Assembly (NCBI GenBank): GCA_000004695.1
Contig: CM000150.2
Location: 2,784,001 to 2,848,000 of the forward strand
Direction of reading: 5' to 3'
Origin: Dictyostelium discoideum
Lineage: Eukaryota
DNA: 64,000 nucleotides
Shown one piece after another: positions 1 to 19,383 of the stretch. The translations under genes were made by a program, and so were the position numbers. Under the pieces are notes generated by a model, which saw nothing but the letters and a program-made list of their open reading frames with translations, did no database searches and had not been told where the DNA came from. Numbering within the stretch: position 1 is the first letter of the stretch; each line of letters opens with the position of its first letter.

Positions 1-607
1 AATCTTATATCAATATTATTTTCAAATTCATTTAAAAACTCTTGAAATCCTTTTGTAAACGGTATTATAACATTTACATCGGATGAATAAGTTAACAATG
101 CTATTGGATTTGCCATATATGAACTAAATTTTGATGTTAATGTTGATAAAAAATATCCAATTGTTGATTTTAATATATCAAAATATGTTTTAATCTCTTC
201 TTCATTATTATTATTATTGTTATTATTATTATTTGAGCTATCTATATTATTATTTCCATTATTAATTCTAAATATAGAATGTGCCATTGAAATTGATACA
301 TCCAATAATAAAACTGTTGCCATTTTATTATTTAATTATTCTTTTATTTAAAAGAATGAATTTTAAAGTTAAATAAAAAAATTGAAAAAAAAAAAAAGAA
401 AATTAAAAAAAATTCTGAAATTAAAAAAATAAAAAAAAAAGTGAAAAAAGTGAAAAATTCAGATGATCATTTTTTTGGAATAAATGAATATTTTTTTATT
501 TATGGTTTATTATTTTTTTTTATTATTTTTATTTTTATTCTATTTTTTTTTTTTTCTTTTTTTTTTTTTTTTGAGATTTTTTTCCTATTTTTTTTCCTAT
601 TTTTTTT

Positions 608-638
<31 letters not shown>

Positions 639-672
639 GAAGTTATTAATATATTTTTTAAAGATTCTCAAT

Positions 673-3444
<2,772 letters not shown>

Positions 3445-4107
3445 TTATTGTTAGATATTTTATTTTTAGTTTTTTTTTTTTTTATTTTATTTTTTTTTAA
3501 TGTTTGTTTTTGAAATATAGCGAACACATCCCACTGGGCGTATTTTTTTTTTTTTTTTTGTTATTTTTTTTGTTTTTTTTTTTTTATTTTTTTTTTCAAT
3601 TTTCGGTTTGTTGTGAAAAAAAAAAAAATAAACAAAAAAAAAAAATAAAAAAATAAAAAAATAAAAAATAACAAAAAAAAAAATAAAAATAAAAAAAAAA
3701 AAAAAAAAAAAAAATTAAAAATAAATAAAAAAAATAAATAAATAAAAAAAAATAATATAAAAAATAATAAATTATTATTATAATAAATTTTAAAAAATAA
3801 TTATTTTAAGTAAAATAAAGATGAGATAAATATTTTTGGAAAATCTTGGTATACCATTGTTTTTTTATTTTTTTTTATTTTTTTTTTATTTTTTTTAATT
3901 TTTTATTTTTTTTTTAATTTTTTTTTTTTTTTTTTTTCATTTTTTTCATTGGTCATTAATTTTTAATAATTAAATATAAAATCAGATAAACTTTTTACCC
4001 ACCAACCAATTAAAATATCACTTTTTTATTGGATTATTTTTCATTAATTTAAATATTAAATTTAATATTATTAAAATTTTTAATTTTTATTTTAATTAAC
4101 AATAAAT

Positions 4108-5424
4108 ATGGAAAATAATAATAAAAATTATTCCCATTATTTACATAGTGGATATGCCCATCCAATTACTAGATCATGGCAAGGTGATAAGGTCATTTTG
4201 AAATCTCAATTAATTTATCCAATTTTTGTTACAGATTTAATTAATACAAAAACTGAAATTAAATGTATGTTTTTTTTTTTTTTTTTTTATTTTTTTTATT
4301 TTTCCAGTTAACAAAAAAAAAAAAAAAAAAAAAAACCATTAAAATTGATTTAAATAGAAATTTATTCTAATTGTAATAATTACTAAAATTATTATTATTA
4401 ATTTAACCAAAAATAAAAAAAATAAAAAAAAAACAATATAAAATATAAAATAATAATAATAAAAATAGCCTTACCAGGACAATATCAAATTTCAAGTGAT
4501 TTAGTAGTTGAATTTTTGAGACCATTGGTTGAGAAAGGATTAAAATCAATAATTTTATTTGGTGTAATTATAAGTGGTGTAAAAGATGAACAAGCTTCAT
4601 CTGCCGATAAAAGAGAATCATCACCAGTTATTAAATCAAGTTTGTATTTTTTTTAAAATATTATTTATTTATTTATTTTTTTATTTATTTATTTATTTAT
4701 TTCCAATGTACTAATTTTTTTTATTTTCATTTTTATTTTTTAAAAAAAAGTTGAATTAATTAAAAATGAATTTCCAGAAATTTTAATTTGTACAGATTTA
4801 TGTTTATGTGCATATACAGATCATGGACATTGTGGTGTATTAACAGAGGAAGGATTTATTGAAAATGAAAAGAGTATTATTAGATTAGGAGAGATAGCAT
4901 TATCATTTGCAAAAGCAGGTGCTCATGTAATTGCACCAAGTGATATGATGGATTGCAGAGTCGGACAAATTAAAAAGGTATTATTCCAAAATGGATATGG
5001 TGGTCGTGTTGCAGTGATGGCCTATAGCTCCAAATTTGCATCATCCTACTATGGTCCATTTAGAGATGCAGCTGGAAGTGGAGCAAAACATGGCGATAGA
5101 CAAGCTTACCAATTACCAATTGCATCAAGAGGTTTAGGTTTAAGAGCTGCCCTTAGAGACGAAGCAGAAGGTGCCGATTTCATTATGGTTAAACCAGCTG
5201 GTCCTTACATGGATATCATTCGTGAAGTCAAAGATCACGTTAAAGTACCAGTATGCTGTTATCAGGTCAGTGGTGAATATGCTATGATTTATCATGCATC
5301 TGTCGCTGGTGGTATCGATTTAAAATCTGGTGTTATGGAATCTTTAATTTCCCTCCAACGTTCTGGTTGTGATATTTTCATTACTTATTTCACTCCACAA
5401 TTATTAGATTGGTTAAAATTATAA
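4108..5424 (+). CDS. hemB: Delta-aminolevulinic acid dehydratase (porphobilinogen synthase). Three exons: 4108..4264, 4469..4639 and 4751..5424.
   Basis: The translation aligns along its whole length with ALAD/HemB: YPIFVTD, SLPGQYQ, the zinc-site CLCAYTDHGHCG, SYYGPFRDAAGS, VKPAGPYMDIIREVK and YQVSGEYAMI. Donors are GTATGT and GTTTGT, acceptors are AG, and the phases are consistent. Confidence 0.9.
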
Positions 5425-5494
5425 AAATAAAAGAAAAAAAGAAAATAATTATAATAATAAGTAATTATAATAATAAGTAATAATACAATTTATT

Positions 5495-6655
5495 TTATTT
5501 ATTAATTTTTAAAGAATGAGCAACAACATATTTTAAAGAATTTAATAAAATTTTTAAACCATCAGTAGTTTTATCCCAACTTGATGGATCAAATTCATTA
5601 GAAGGCGGATAAAAATTTAAACCAATGATTGGAGATTTTTTAGTTGATAATTCAACAATTAATGGTCTTTCATTCTCCCATTCAGCTATTAAATTAGATT
5701 GTGAAGACATTTCTGAATCACTATGAGAACTATTTACTCCACCACCAAATTTTTCAACACCTTCTAAAATTGGATGATCTGGTATAATTTTTCTACCCAT
5801 TTTTAATTTGTAAACTCTTTGTGTAATACCATCATTAAATGGATTATATCCTTCTTCTAACCATCTACCTTCAAGTCTATTACCTTTTCCACACTTTTTT
5901 AAAAATTAAAAATTAAAAATTAATAAAAAAGAAAAATTGGAAATAATAATAATAATAAATATTTTTAAAATACAAACATTTGAATAAGCAGCAATAACAA
6001 TACCACCACCACTATCAACATAATCTGATAAAATATTACCAATTGATTTTTGTCTAAAACCACAATATGAAAAGAAAAGTATACCATCATATTGGTAAAG
6101 ATCATTTACGGTTAATGATTTAAAACCAAAAACATTAAAATGATCAATTGATTTTAAACCCATTTTATGTAGACTTTTTTTTAATTCTAAAATTCTATTA
6201 TCTTCAATTTCTGAACCAATTACTAAATAACGTGGAGTACTACTTTTAATAAAAAAAAATTTCCAACTATTTTCTTGATAATTTAATAAAATTCTTCTAT
6301 AATTATTTTCAATATTTGCTTCATCTAAAAAATAATTATTTTCATTATTTTCATTTAAATTATTATTATTATTATTTTTATTATTATTATTATTATTATT
6401 ATTAAAATTATTTAAATCAATATTTAAATTATCTTGATTTTCATTAAATTCTTGGTTATTTAATTTTTGAAATCTTGATTTTAATTTTGGAGAATTTTTA
6501 TATTTAGAGTGTGATAATAATTTCCAAAATAATTCATCACTACAGAGATGGTAAATATATTTTGAAACATATTGAAATTCTTGAATTATAAAATCACTTG
6601 AAACTTTTGATAATATTAAATAAAATACCTCTGTCGGTAAATCTTGAAGGTTCAT
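5495..6655 (-). CDS. F-box domain protein with an uncharacterised C-terminal region. Two exons: 6655..5978 and 5893..5495.
   Basis: N-terminal F-box-like motif LQDLPTEVFYLILSKVSSDFIIQEFQYVSKYIYHLCSDELFWKLL. A GTTTGT donor after ...IVIAAYSN and an AG acceptor before CGKGNRLEGRWLEEGYNPFNDGITQRVYKL join the two ORFs in frame. Confidence 0.55.
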
Positions 6656-6887
6656 AGTTTAATTTTATTATATATATTATATTATTTTTAAATAATTTTT
6701 ACAAATAATAAAACATTTAATTATTAAAAAAATAAATTAAAATAATATTTAAATAATTTAAATAAATTAAAAAAAAAAAAAAAAAATTATTTAAAAAAAA
6801 AATTAAAAATAATTATTGTAATTGCCAATGTATTAAAAGATATATAAAAAATAATGTTTAAAAAAAAAAAATTAAAAAATTTAGAAG

Positions 6888-6922
<35 letters not shown>

Positions 6923-7077
6923 AATATAACTGAAACAAAAAAAAAAGTTACAAAACTTTTTGATATTTTTCAAAAACTGTGTTTTTTTTTTTTTTTTTGA
7001 AATTTTATTTTTTATTTTTATTTTTATTTTTATTTTTGGTTATTTTAATTTTTATTTTTTAATTATTTTTTTTATTT

Positions 7078-11119
<4,042 letters not shown>

Positions 11120-11743
11120 TCTATCTAAGAAATCTATATAAAAAAAAAATATAAAAATGATAATTGAAAATATGTGGATTTGTGAAAATATAAAAATATA
11201 AAAATATAAAAAAAAAAAAAAAAAAAATTGCGCAATATCTTGATATTTTAAGGAAAAAAAAAAAATAGAAAAAATAAAAAAAAAAAAAAGAAAAATCCGC
11301 AAAAAAAAAAAAAAAAAAAAAAAGACAAGAAAATTTTAGGATTGAAAAAAAGAAAAATGTATATACATAACTAATTATTATTCTTTTAAATGAGATATTT
11401 TTTAAACATTGTATATACATTTTTCTTTTTTTTACCTTTTTGAAATTATATAAAAAAATTTAATATATTTTAAACTTTTGGGAATCCTATTATTTATTTT
11501 TTAAAACAATATATTTTCCTGAAAATGTTTTAGTTTATTTTTTACCTCTATGAGATTATATAAAAAAATTAAATGTATCCATAGTTTTTAAAATTAAATA
11601 TATTTAATTAAATATCCATAATTTTTAAAATTAAACCATTTTAAAAAAAACAAATCAAATACAAAAAAGTTTAAAAATTAAAAAAAAGAAATTTTTTTTT
11701 TAAAATTATTATAAAATGCTATTTATTAAGAAATATTATTTAT

Positions 11744-13105
11744 TTATTTCTTTTTTGATGGGGCAGCAGCACCTTTCTTATCACCGGCTTTACCTGGGGC
11801 TTTCTTGACGGTTGATTTGATGACACCGACGGCGACGGTTTGTCTCATATCTCTGACGGCGAAACGACCTAATGGTGGGTATTCAGTGAAGGATTCAACA
11901 CACATTGGACGAGATGGGGTTAATTCGACCATAGCGGCATCACCATTCTTTAAGACGACGGCGGCAGTACCTTCTTTGGCAACGACGGCACCAGTACGAC
12001 GATCAACTTTATCGACGATTTCAGTGAATTTACAGGCAATGTGAGCAGTGTGACAATCTAAGACTGGTGAGTAACCAGCATGGATTTGACCTGGATGGTT
12101 GAGGACGATAACTTGAGCAACGAATTTTTCAGTTTCTTGTGGTGGATCGTTTTTGGAGTCACCAGCGACCATACCTCTTTTAATTTCTTTGACTGAAACG
12201 TTTTTAACGTTGAAACCTACATTGTCACCTGGACGGGCTTCTGGGAGTTGTTCGTGATGCATTTCGACTGATTTGACTTCAGTTGAGAGACCAGCTGGGG
12301 CAAAGGTGACGACCATACCTGGTTTAATGATACCAGTTTCGACACGACCTACTGGAACAGTACCGATACCACCGATCTTGTAGACATCTTGTAATGGAAT
12401 ACGTAATGGTTTATCGTGTGGACGTTTTGGTTCGACGATGGCATCGAGGGCTTCTAATAAAGTTGGACCTTTGTACCATTCCATTTTGTCGGATCTTTCT
12501 AACATGTTATCACCATTCCAACCTGAGATTGGGACGAAGGCAACTTTTTCTGGATTGTAACCAATCTTTTTGATGAAAGATGAAACTTCCTTGACAATTT
12601 CGTCGTAACGGGCTTGTGAGTAGTTGGTTGATTTTTCATCCATCTTGTTGATAGCAACGATCATTTGTTTGACACCTAAAGTGTAAGCAAGGAGAGCGTG
12701 TTCACGAGTTTGACCGTTTTTGGCGATACCAGCTTCGAATTCACCAGTTGGGGAGGCAATGACTAAGACGGCACAATCGGCTTGGGAGGTACCAGTAATC
12801 ATATTCTTGATGAAATCTCTGTGACCTGGGGCATCAATGATGGTGAAGTAGTATTTGGAGGTTTCGAATTTCCATAAAGCAATATCGATGGTGATACCTC
12901 TTTCACGTTCAGCCTTTAATTTATCCATAACCCAGGCGTATTTGAAGGATTGTTTACCCATTTCAGAAGCTTCCTTTTCATACTTTTCGATAACTCTCTT
13001 ATCGATACCACCACATTTGTAGATTAAATGACCAGTGGTGGTTGATTTACCAGCATCTACGTGACCAATGACGACAATGTTAATGTGAGTTTTCTCTTTA
13101 CCCAT
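11744..13105 (-). CDS. efaA: Translation elongation factor 1-alpha, single exon.
   Basis: 453-aa ORF beginning [37 protein letters not shown], with GTP-binding motifs and the conserved EF-Tu domains II and III. Third codon positions are markedly GC-richer than in neighbouring genes, typical of a highly expressed gene. From the sequence alone I cannot tell which of the two Dictyostelium paralogues (efaAI or efaAII) this is. Confidence 0.95.
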
Positions 13106-13983
13106 GGTTGTTTATTCTAAAAAATTAAATTTTAAAAAAATTATTAGTATTAATAAAACTTTTTTTTTTCAAAAAAATAATATAATAAATAAAATTTTAC
13201 ATGTGTATATTTATTATGTGTGTATATATTTATTGTGTGTGTTTGTATATATTATAATAAATTAATGAATAAAATTATAAAATTAAAATAAATTTATATT
13301 CTTTTGAACACAAAAAAATAAAATTTTAATGCGAAATTTAATGGAAAAGGTGTGCTTGTGTGTGAGTGTGTTTATCCCAATTTATTTAATTCGTTTTTTT
13401 TTATTATTATTTTATTTTTATTTTAATTTATTTATTTTTTTATTTTATTTTTCTAAAAATAAGATGCTTATTATTTCAATTTTTTTTAAACTACTCTATT
13501 TTTTTTTTTTATCATTATTATTTTTTTTATGTGGTGTGTGTGGAAAATATCATTTTTTATGAATATGTTCATAATTTGCGCATACCTTTCTTTAAAGTTG
13601 ATTATAACAATGAATCAAAAAAAGTTGAAAAATTCTTTTTATGCGTCGCAAAAAAAAAAATAAAAAAAAAATGTTTTTTTCGAAAAAAATTTTAAAAATA
13701 AATTGATAAACCAACATAACATTTACATAAGTTTTACATAAAAAAAAACCGATCTTCATAAAAAAAAAATTTTAAAAAAATTTGAAAAAAAAAAAAATTA
13801 TTAAAAAATAAAAAAAGGATAATCTCTGATCTTATTCTTATAAAGATAAAAAATAAAAAATATAAAATTAAAAAATAAAAAATAAAAAATAAAAAATAAA
13901 AAAAAAAAAATGAAAGATTATAATGATTGAAAGCGGTAAAATTATTGATGATAAGAAATAGATAGAGTTTTGATTTGAAAAAA

Positions 13984-14017
<34 letters not shown>

Positions 14018-14116
14018 TATTTTTAACCCTTTATTTGATTATGATTTCTTTTTTTTTTTTTTTTTTTTTTTTTTGTTGGGATGATATAAATATATATATT
14101 TTATTTATCTTGTATA

Positions 14117-14819
14117 TTATAAATCAATAGTATCTTCAACAAAATAATATTTAGTTATTGGGTCAGTAGTACCAATTTTCATTAGTTGTAGTTTTGAAAA
14201 GTTTTGAAAACCAAATTCTATATTTTCATCCATATGTTTCTTTTTTTTTTTTTAAAAATTTGTTAGAAACTTTTTGATTTAAAAAAGAAAAAGGTGATGT
14301 GTTTTTAAAATTTATACATACTTTAATTTGAAGATAATTTCTTTGTATATTTTTACCTTTTGCAATTGTAATATGAGGATGCCAATCTCTATCTTCTTCA
14401 ACTTTAATATTTTGATCTTTAAATAATTTATATAAACGATTTCTATAATCCACTATTTTACTATACCCATCATGATTTTCATTAACACCAGCCCATATAA
14501 CTCTATCTTTAAATGAACCTATTCCTTTTATAGATGAAGAAGGTTTATTATTTTCACCAAATATTTCAGTAGCTAATAATTTAGTTTGTGGCATTAATGT
14601 TGATTTAACAATTGATAATTGTTCATCTGTTAATTCCATAACAAATACAGTAACATGAAATTTTTCAGAGGGAATTAAATCTTTTTCAACATATTTACAA
14701 CTTTTTTTCATTGAATTTTGAATTTGTTTAAGTTGGTTATAAATTAATAATTCTGTAATTTGAAGTCCAAAAAAATAATTCATTCTACCAACATTGGATT
14801 TAACTAATTGATTTGACAT
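14117..14819 (-). CDS. 2H phosphoesterase family protein (LigT/AKAP7-CPDase-like), by motif only. Two exons: 14819..14322 and 14239..14117.
   Basis: Two H-x-T/S-x motifs are present (HVTVFV and HPHITIAK), but no other conserved features of the family support the assignment. A GTATGT donor follows ...NYLQIK. An AG acceptor after an A-run precedes KHMDENIEFGFQNFSKLQLMKIGTTDPITKYYFVEDTIDL*. The intron is 82 bp. Confidence 0.5.
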
Positions 14820-14837
14820 TATTTAAATAAAACTAAT

Positions 14838-14880
<43 letters not shown>

Positions 14881-14921
14881 AGGTTATGGTTGAAGATGGA
14901 GAAATAGTAATGGCAGTAATG

Positions 14922-14983
<62 letters not shown>

Positions 14984-15043
14984 ATTTGTTTCTTTTTATC
15001 TTTTCTGGTTAAATTCCCTGAAAAAAAAAAAAAAAAAACTCAA

Positions 15044-15138
15044 GTCAATTTCCAATACCTTAAAAAATTCCTTTACCAAATCAATTTCCGACACCTTAAA
15101 AAATTCCTTTACCAAATCAATTTCCAATACCTTAAAAA
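15044..15138. repeat. Three tandem copies of a 35-bp unit (TCAATTTCC[A/G]A[T/C]ACCTTAAAAAATTCCTTTACCAAA).
   Basis: Direct reading. Lies in the intergenic region between the 2H phosphoesterase gene (about 230-320 bp upstream of its start) and the 3' end of the SDR-fusion gene. Preceded by a run of about 60 A. Confidence 0.7.
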
Positions 15139-15425
15139 ATTAAAAAATTAAAACTAATAAACTAAAATTAAAATCTATTTTAGAATTAAAAAAAAAAAAA
15201 CTAACAATATTAGGCCATAAAAGTTTAAAATCCAAATTACTTTTTTATTTTTTTTATTATTTTTTTAATTGTTTTTTTTATTGTTTTTTTTATTCATATA
15301 TTCAATCCATAAATAGATTTCCCAAAACCCATTTATATATTTTTTTTTTTTAGTCAGGGAAAAAAAAAACTCTTGGTTTATAATATTAGTTTTCTTTTTT
15401 ATAATTTCATTATTAATATTATAAA

Positions 15426-15471
<46 letters not shown>

Positions 15472-15519
15472 TTCTTTTTAATAAATTTCATTATTATTGT
15501 TATTATTAATAATATTATT

Positions 15520-15986
15520 TTATTGCCATGGTTTAATATTATAGTTTACAAATAATGAACCGGTTGGAAATGGTGGTATTTTATAATAACTATTGAAAAT
15601 TGGGTGTAAAACACGAGCAGCACCATCAAGACAAGTTAATGGAATTGGATAGAATCTTCTAGCTCTTTTACTTCTAACTTTAAAATCTTTATCAGTAACT
15701 GGACCCATATCACTAACCCAACCGGTATTGACTGAAGAAACATGAATATTTCTTTTCTCTAAAGAGGCACTAATTGATCTTGTCATCATATTTAGTGCAG
15801 CTTTTGCCATATTAGTATGAACGTGATTACCACTTTGATTATTATAATCATAATCAAAATCACCTTCTGATGATGTAACATTTACAATATAACCCCAATC
15901 TAATTTTGATACTGTTGAATTGTTATTATTATTATTATTGCTATTATTATTATTTCTAAAATTATTATTATTAAATCTATTTGATC

Positions 15987-16059
<73 letters not shown>

Positions 16060-18510
16060 TAATGATTTTCTTTCCATTAGAGGTATTAATTGAGAAACAA
16101 ACATGGTTGGTACAATTGAATTTACTAAATTAACTTCACCCATTTCAACAGTTGAAATTTCATCAATTTGTGAAGTCCAACTTGTTTTATTTCTCATATC
16201 TAATGGTTCACCATGTTGATCATATTTTTCAGATGGGAATAGAATTTCATTTCTATCATCATTATCTTCTGGTAATAATGTACTTTCAATGATTGAAGTT
16301 GAAGAAGAACCACCAAATTTAATATCATTAACTCTAACTAAAACCATTGATTTGTCAGAATCACTATCACTATCTGATGCATTGATAATTTGCATATCAT
16401 CATCAGACGATATCTCTTGAAATTGATCAATCATTTTATCGGTTTGATTAGTTAATAAAAGTTGTTTAATTTCCTTTTCACCGGTTAACAAACTATGATA
16501 ATATGCTTTTGGTCTACGAATTGTTTGAGCAGCATTATTAATTAAAATATCAATTCTTGGGAAATTTGATTTTATATGATTTATAAATTCTTGAACAGCA
16601 GCAATACTTCTAAAATCTAAACCATAGATATGTAAACGTGATAAAATATCAGGATTTGAAGAGAACCTTTCTTTAAATGCTTCATTTGCAAGATGTGGGA
16701 ATCTTGTAGTTGCAATTACATTATAACCATAACCTAATAACAATGCAGCACATTCAAAACCAATTTTGATTCTAGCACCAGTTACCAATGCATATTTTTT
16801 ATTTAATAAATTGAAATCTTTAAATAAATTTTCATCAAATTCTGTACGTGAGAAATCATTAAATTCATTACACTCTTTACAAAGACTTGATGGTACCATA
16901 TCAAGTTTTGAATACATAATTTTCTTTTTACAAATGTAACAACTTATTAAACCATTTACAGTTAAGCATGAAATTTTCCAACAATAATCTTTTATTGGAC
17001 CAAATTTTGTAAAGCTACCAATTAAATCTGGATTTAAAATTTCATGAATTTCTTTAGCCAAGAAACGGGGTTTAAAATTTTTACGTAAAAATTCCAAAAT
17101 TCTTGACATTGGTTTAAATTGAACATGATGAAATGGAATTGAAGTATATTTTTCATATTTTTCAGAAATTGAATTTCTTGCAACACAACGATCCAAATGT
17201 TTACAATATTCAAAGTTTTTACATTGAAAACCTCTAACAGAGTATTTTTGAGAACGTTCCATCTTTGTTGTTACCAAAATTGTTCTATTATTAAATGCAA
17301 TGGCAGAACGTGGAATCATTTTAACATTACTACCATTATAACAAATTGCTGTACAATCTAAATCACAAAATATTAAATGTTCTTCAACATTTTTTGAAAA
17401 TAATGTAATGATTTGAATTGGTCTAAATTGATCACCAATAATTGTAATTGAATTTGGTGTACGTATAAAACGATAGGAATATTCATTTTTATCAATCCAT
17501 TGTTTAATTTCAATTAATAATGATTCAAGTTTACTTTCACCCATTTCAATTGTTGGTGCTGTAATAATGATATCGATATCTGATTCTGATTTTTTAAATT
17601 CTTTTTTTATTTTTGTTTGAAATTCATATTCAACAGTTTCATTGGAAAATTGTAATTTCGATTTCATTTCATCATAAAGTTTAATATATTCCAATGGTAG
17701 AGTTTCAATACATGTTACTAATGCACCACCAATTAAATATGCATTTGCTTCATTTTCATTACCATTACCAAAGGTTATATTATCTGAAAGGCCAAATGAC
17801 ATTATTGAAAGAAGTTGTTTAACAATTTCAATATTTGATGCTAATGAAAGTTCACCATACTCTGAGCCATGAATACCACGAGCTCTTGATGATATATGGT
17901 ATCTACCAATTTTTGATAATTTGAAATCATCTGGATTTTTAATATTACCTTGTTGGTTCTCTAAATCATAGACATCAAATGAATGATCTTTAACTTTTTT
18001 ATAAATCCTTTCACTAATTTCATAATCTTTACTTTCATCCATATTATTACATGCTTCATCAATATAGGCTGATCTAATCTTTAATAAATCTAATGATAAA
18101 ATTGAATCATGCAAATCTGTATTAAATAATAAATCTTTTTCAATCCAACATTTTTCATTCTCTTTTGAATTTTCTTCAATAAATTTATCAACAACACATT
18201 TAAATACTTGAGCAACTTTATCATCTAATTTAATATAAACTAAAAATAATTGAATAATTGTTACAACATCTTGAGTTTTACAATTTTTATTATTTGAAAA
18301 ATTTTCTTTAAATTTTGTATAAATTTCTTTAATATAACAATATGATTTATCAAATAAACTTTCTTTTTCACCATTATTATTATCATTATCAGTTTTATCC
18401 TCGTCTAAATATAATTTAGCCATATCTTTAATAAAAATATCATAATTTTTACCATCAATCATAAAACTTCTATATTTTTCATTATTATTATTATTATTAT
18501 TATTATCCAT
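15520..18510 (-). CDS. Uncharacterised multidomain protein. The N-terminal region of about 550 aa is unknown and contains a C-x2-C...C-x2-C element. The C-terminus has a short-chain dehydrogenase/reductase (Rossmann) fold.
   Basis: 996-aa ORF. The C-terminal SDR signatures are ALVTGARIKIGFECA (TGxxxGxG) and ILINNAAQT (NNAA). A long poly-N insertion interrupts the SDR domain. The expected YxxxK position reads TNMAK. The N-terminal part has no family I can name. Confidence 0.6.
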
Positions 18511-18636
18511 TTTTTTGATTTATAATATTTAAATCTTTTAATTGGATATTTTATTTATGGAAATAAAAAAAGAAGGAAAAAAAAGAAAAAAAAAAGATTT
18601 AGGTCATTAATAATTTTATTATTTTTTTTTTTTATT

Positions 18637-18687
<51 letters not shown>

Positions 18688-19383
18688 TTTTTTTTTTTTT
18701 TTTAGAGGTTGGTGTGATAAAAAAAATTGTGCATCGGAGTGGTGAAAGTAATTTTCAATGGTGATGGCTTTATTTTTAATTTTTTTTTATTTTTTATTTT
18801 TTGCTTTTTTTTTTTTAATAATTATAATTTACATTTTCTTTTTTTTTTTTTTCTTTTATTTTTTTCCTTTATTTTTTTCTTTTTTTTTTGAATGTTTGTT
18901 TTTTTTTTTTTTTTTTTTTTATAACAAAAAAGTTATTACAAAAATTCTAATTCCATAAAAAATGACGCAACATTTTTTTTATTATTTAAATATACCCCCC
19001 CCCCCCAAATCTGAATATCGATGAAATTTAAATTAAATTTAGAACAATATTATCTGCCACCTTAAAAAATTGATCATCTAGTAAAATTGAATAAAATTTC
19101 ACTGATTTTTAATCCAAACAAATTTCCCACCAAAAAAATGAGAAAATAATCATAAAAAAAAAAAATTTTCAAAAAATAATAAAACAATTAAGAAAATTAA
19201 ATAAGCACCGTCACCAAATTTTTGATCACATTTTAAAAGATACATACCTTGAATCCCACTATTTCTTATTATCTTGGTTAGTAATCTTTGAAAAAAAAAA
19301 AAAAAAAAAAAAAAAAATAGAAAAACTATTTTTAATAAATAATTATGAAAATTAAATAAAAAAAAGATTATATAATTTTTTAT

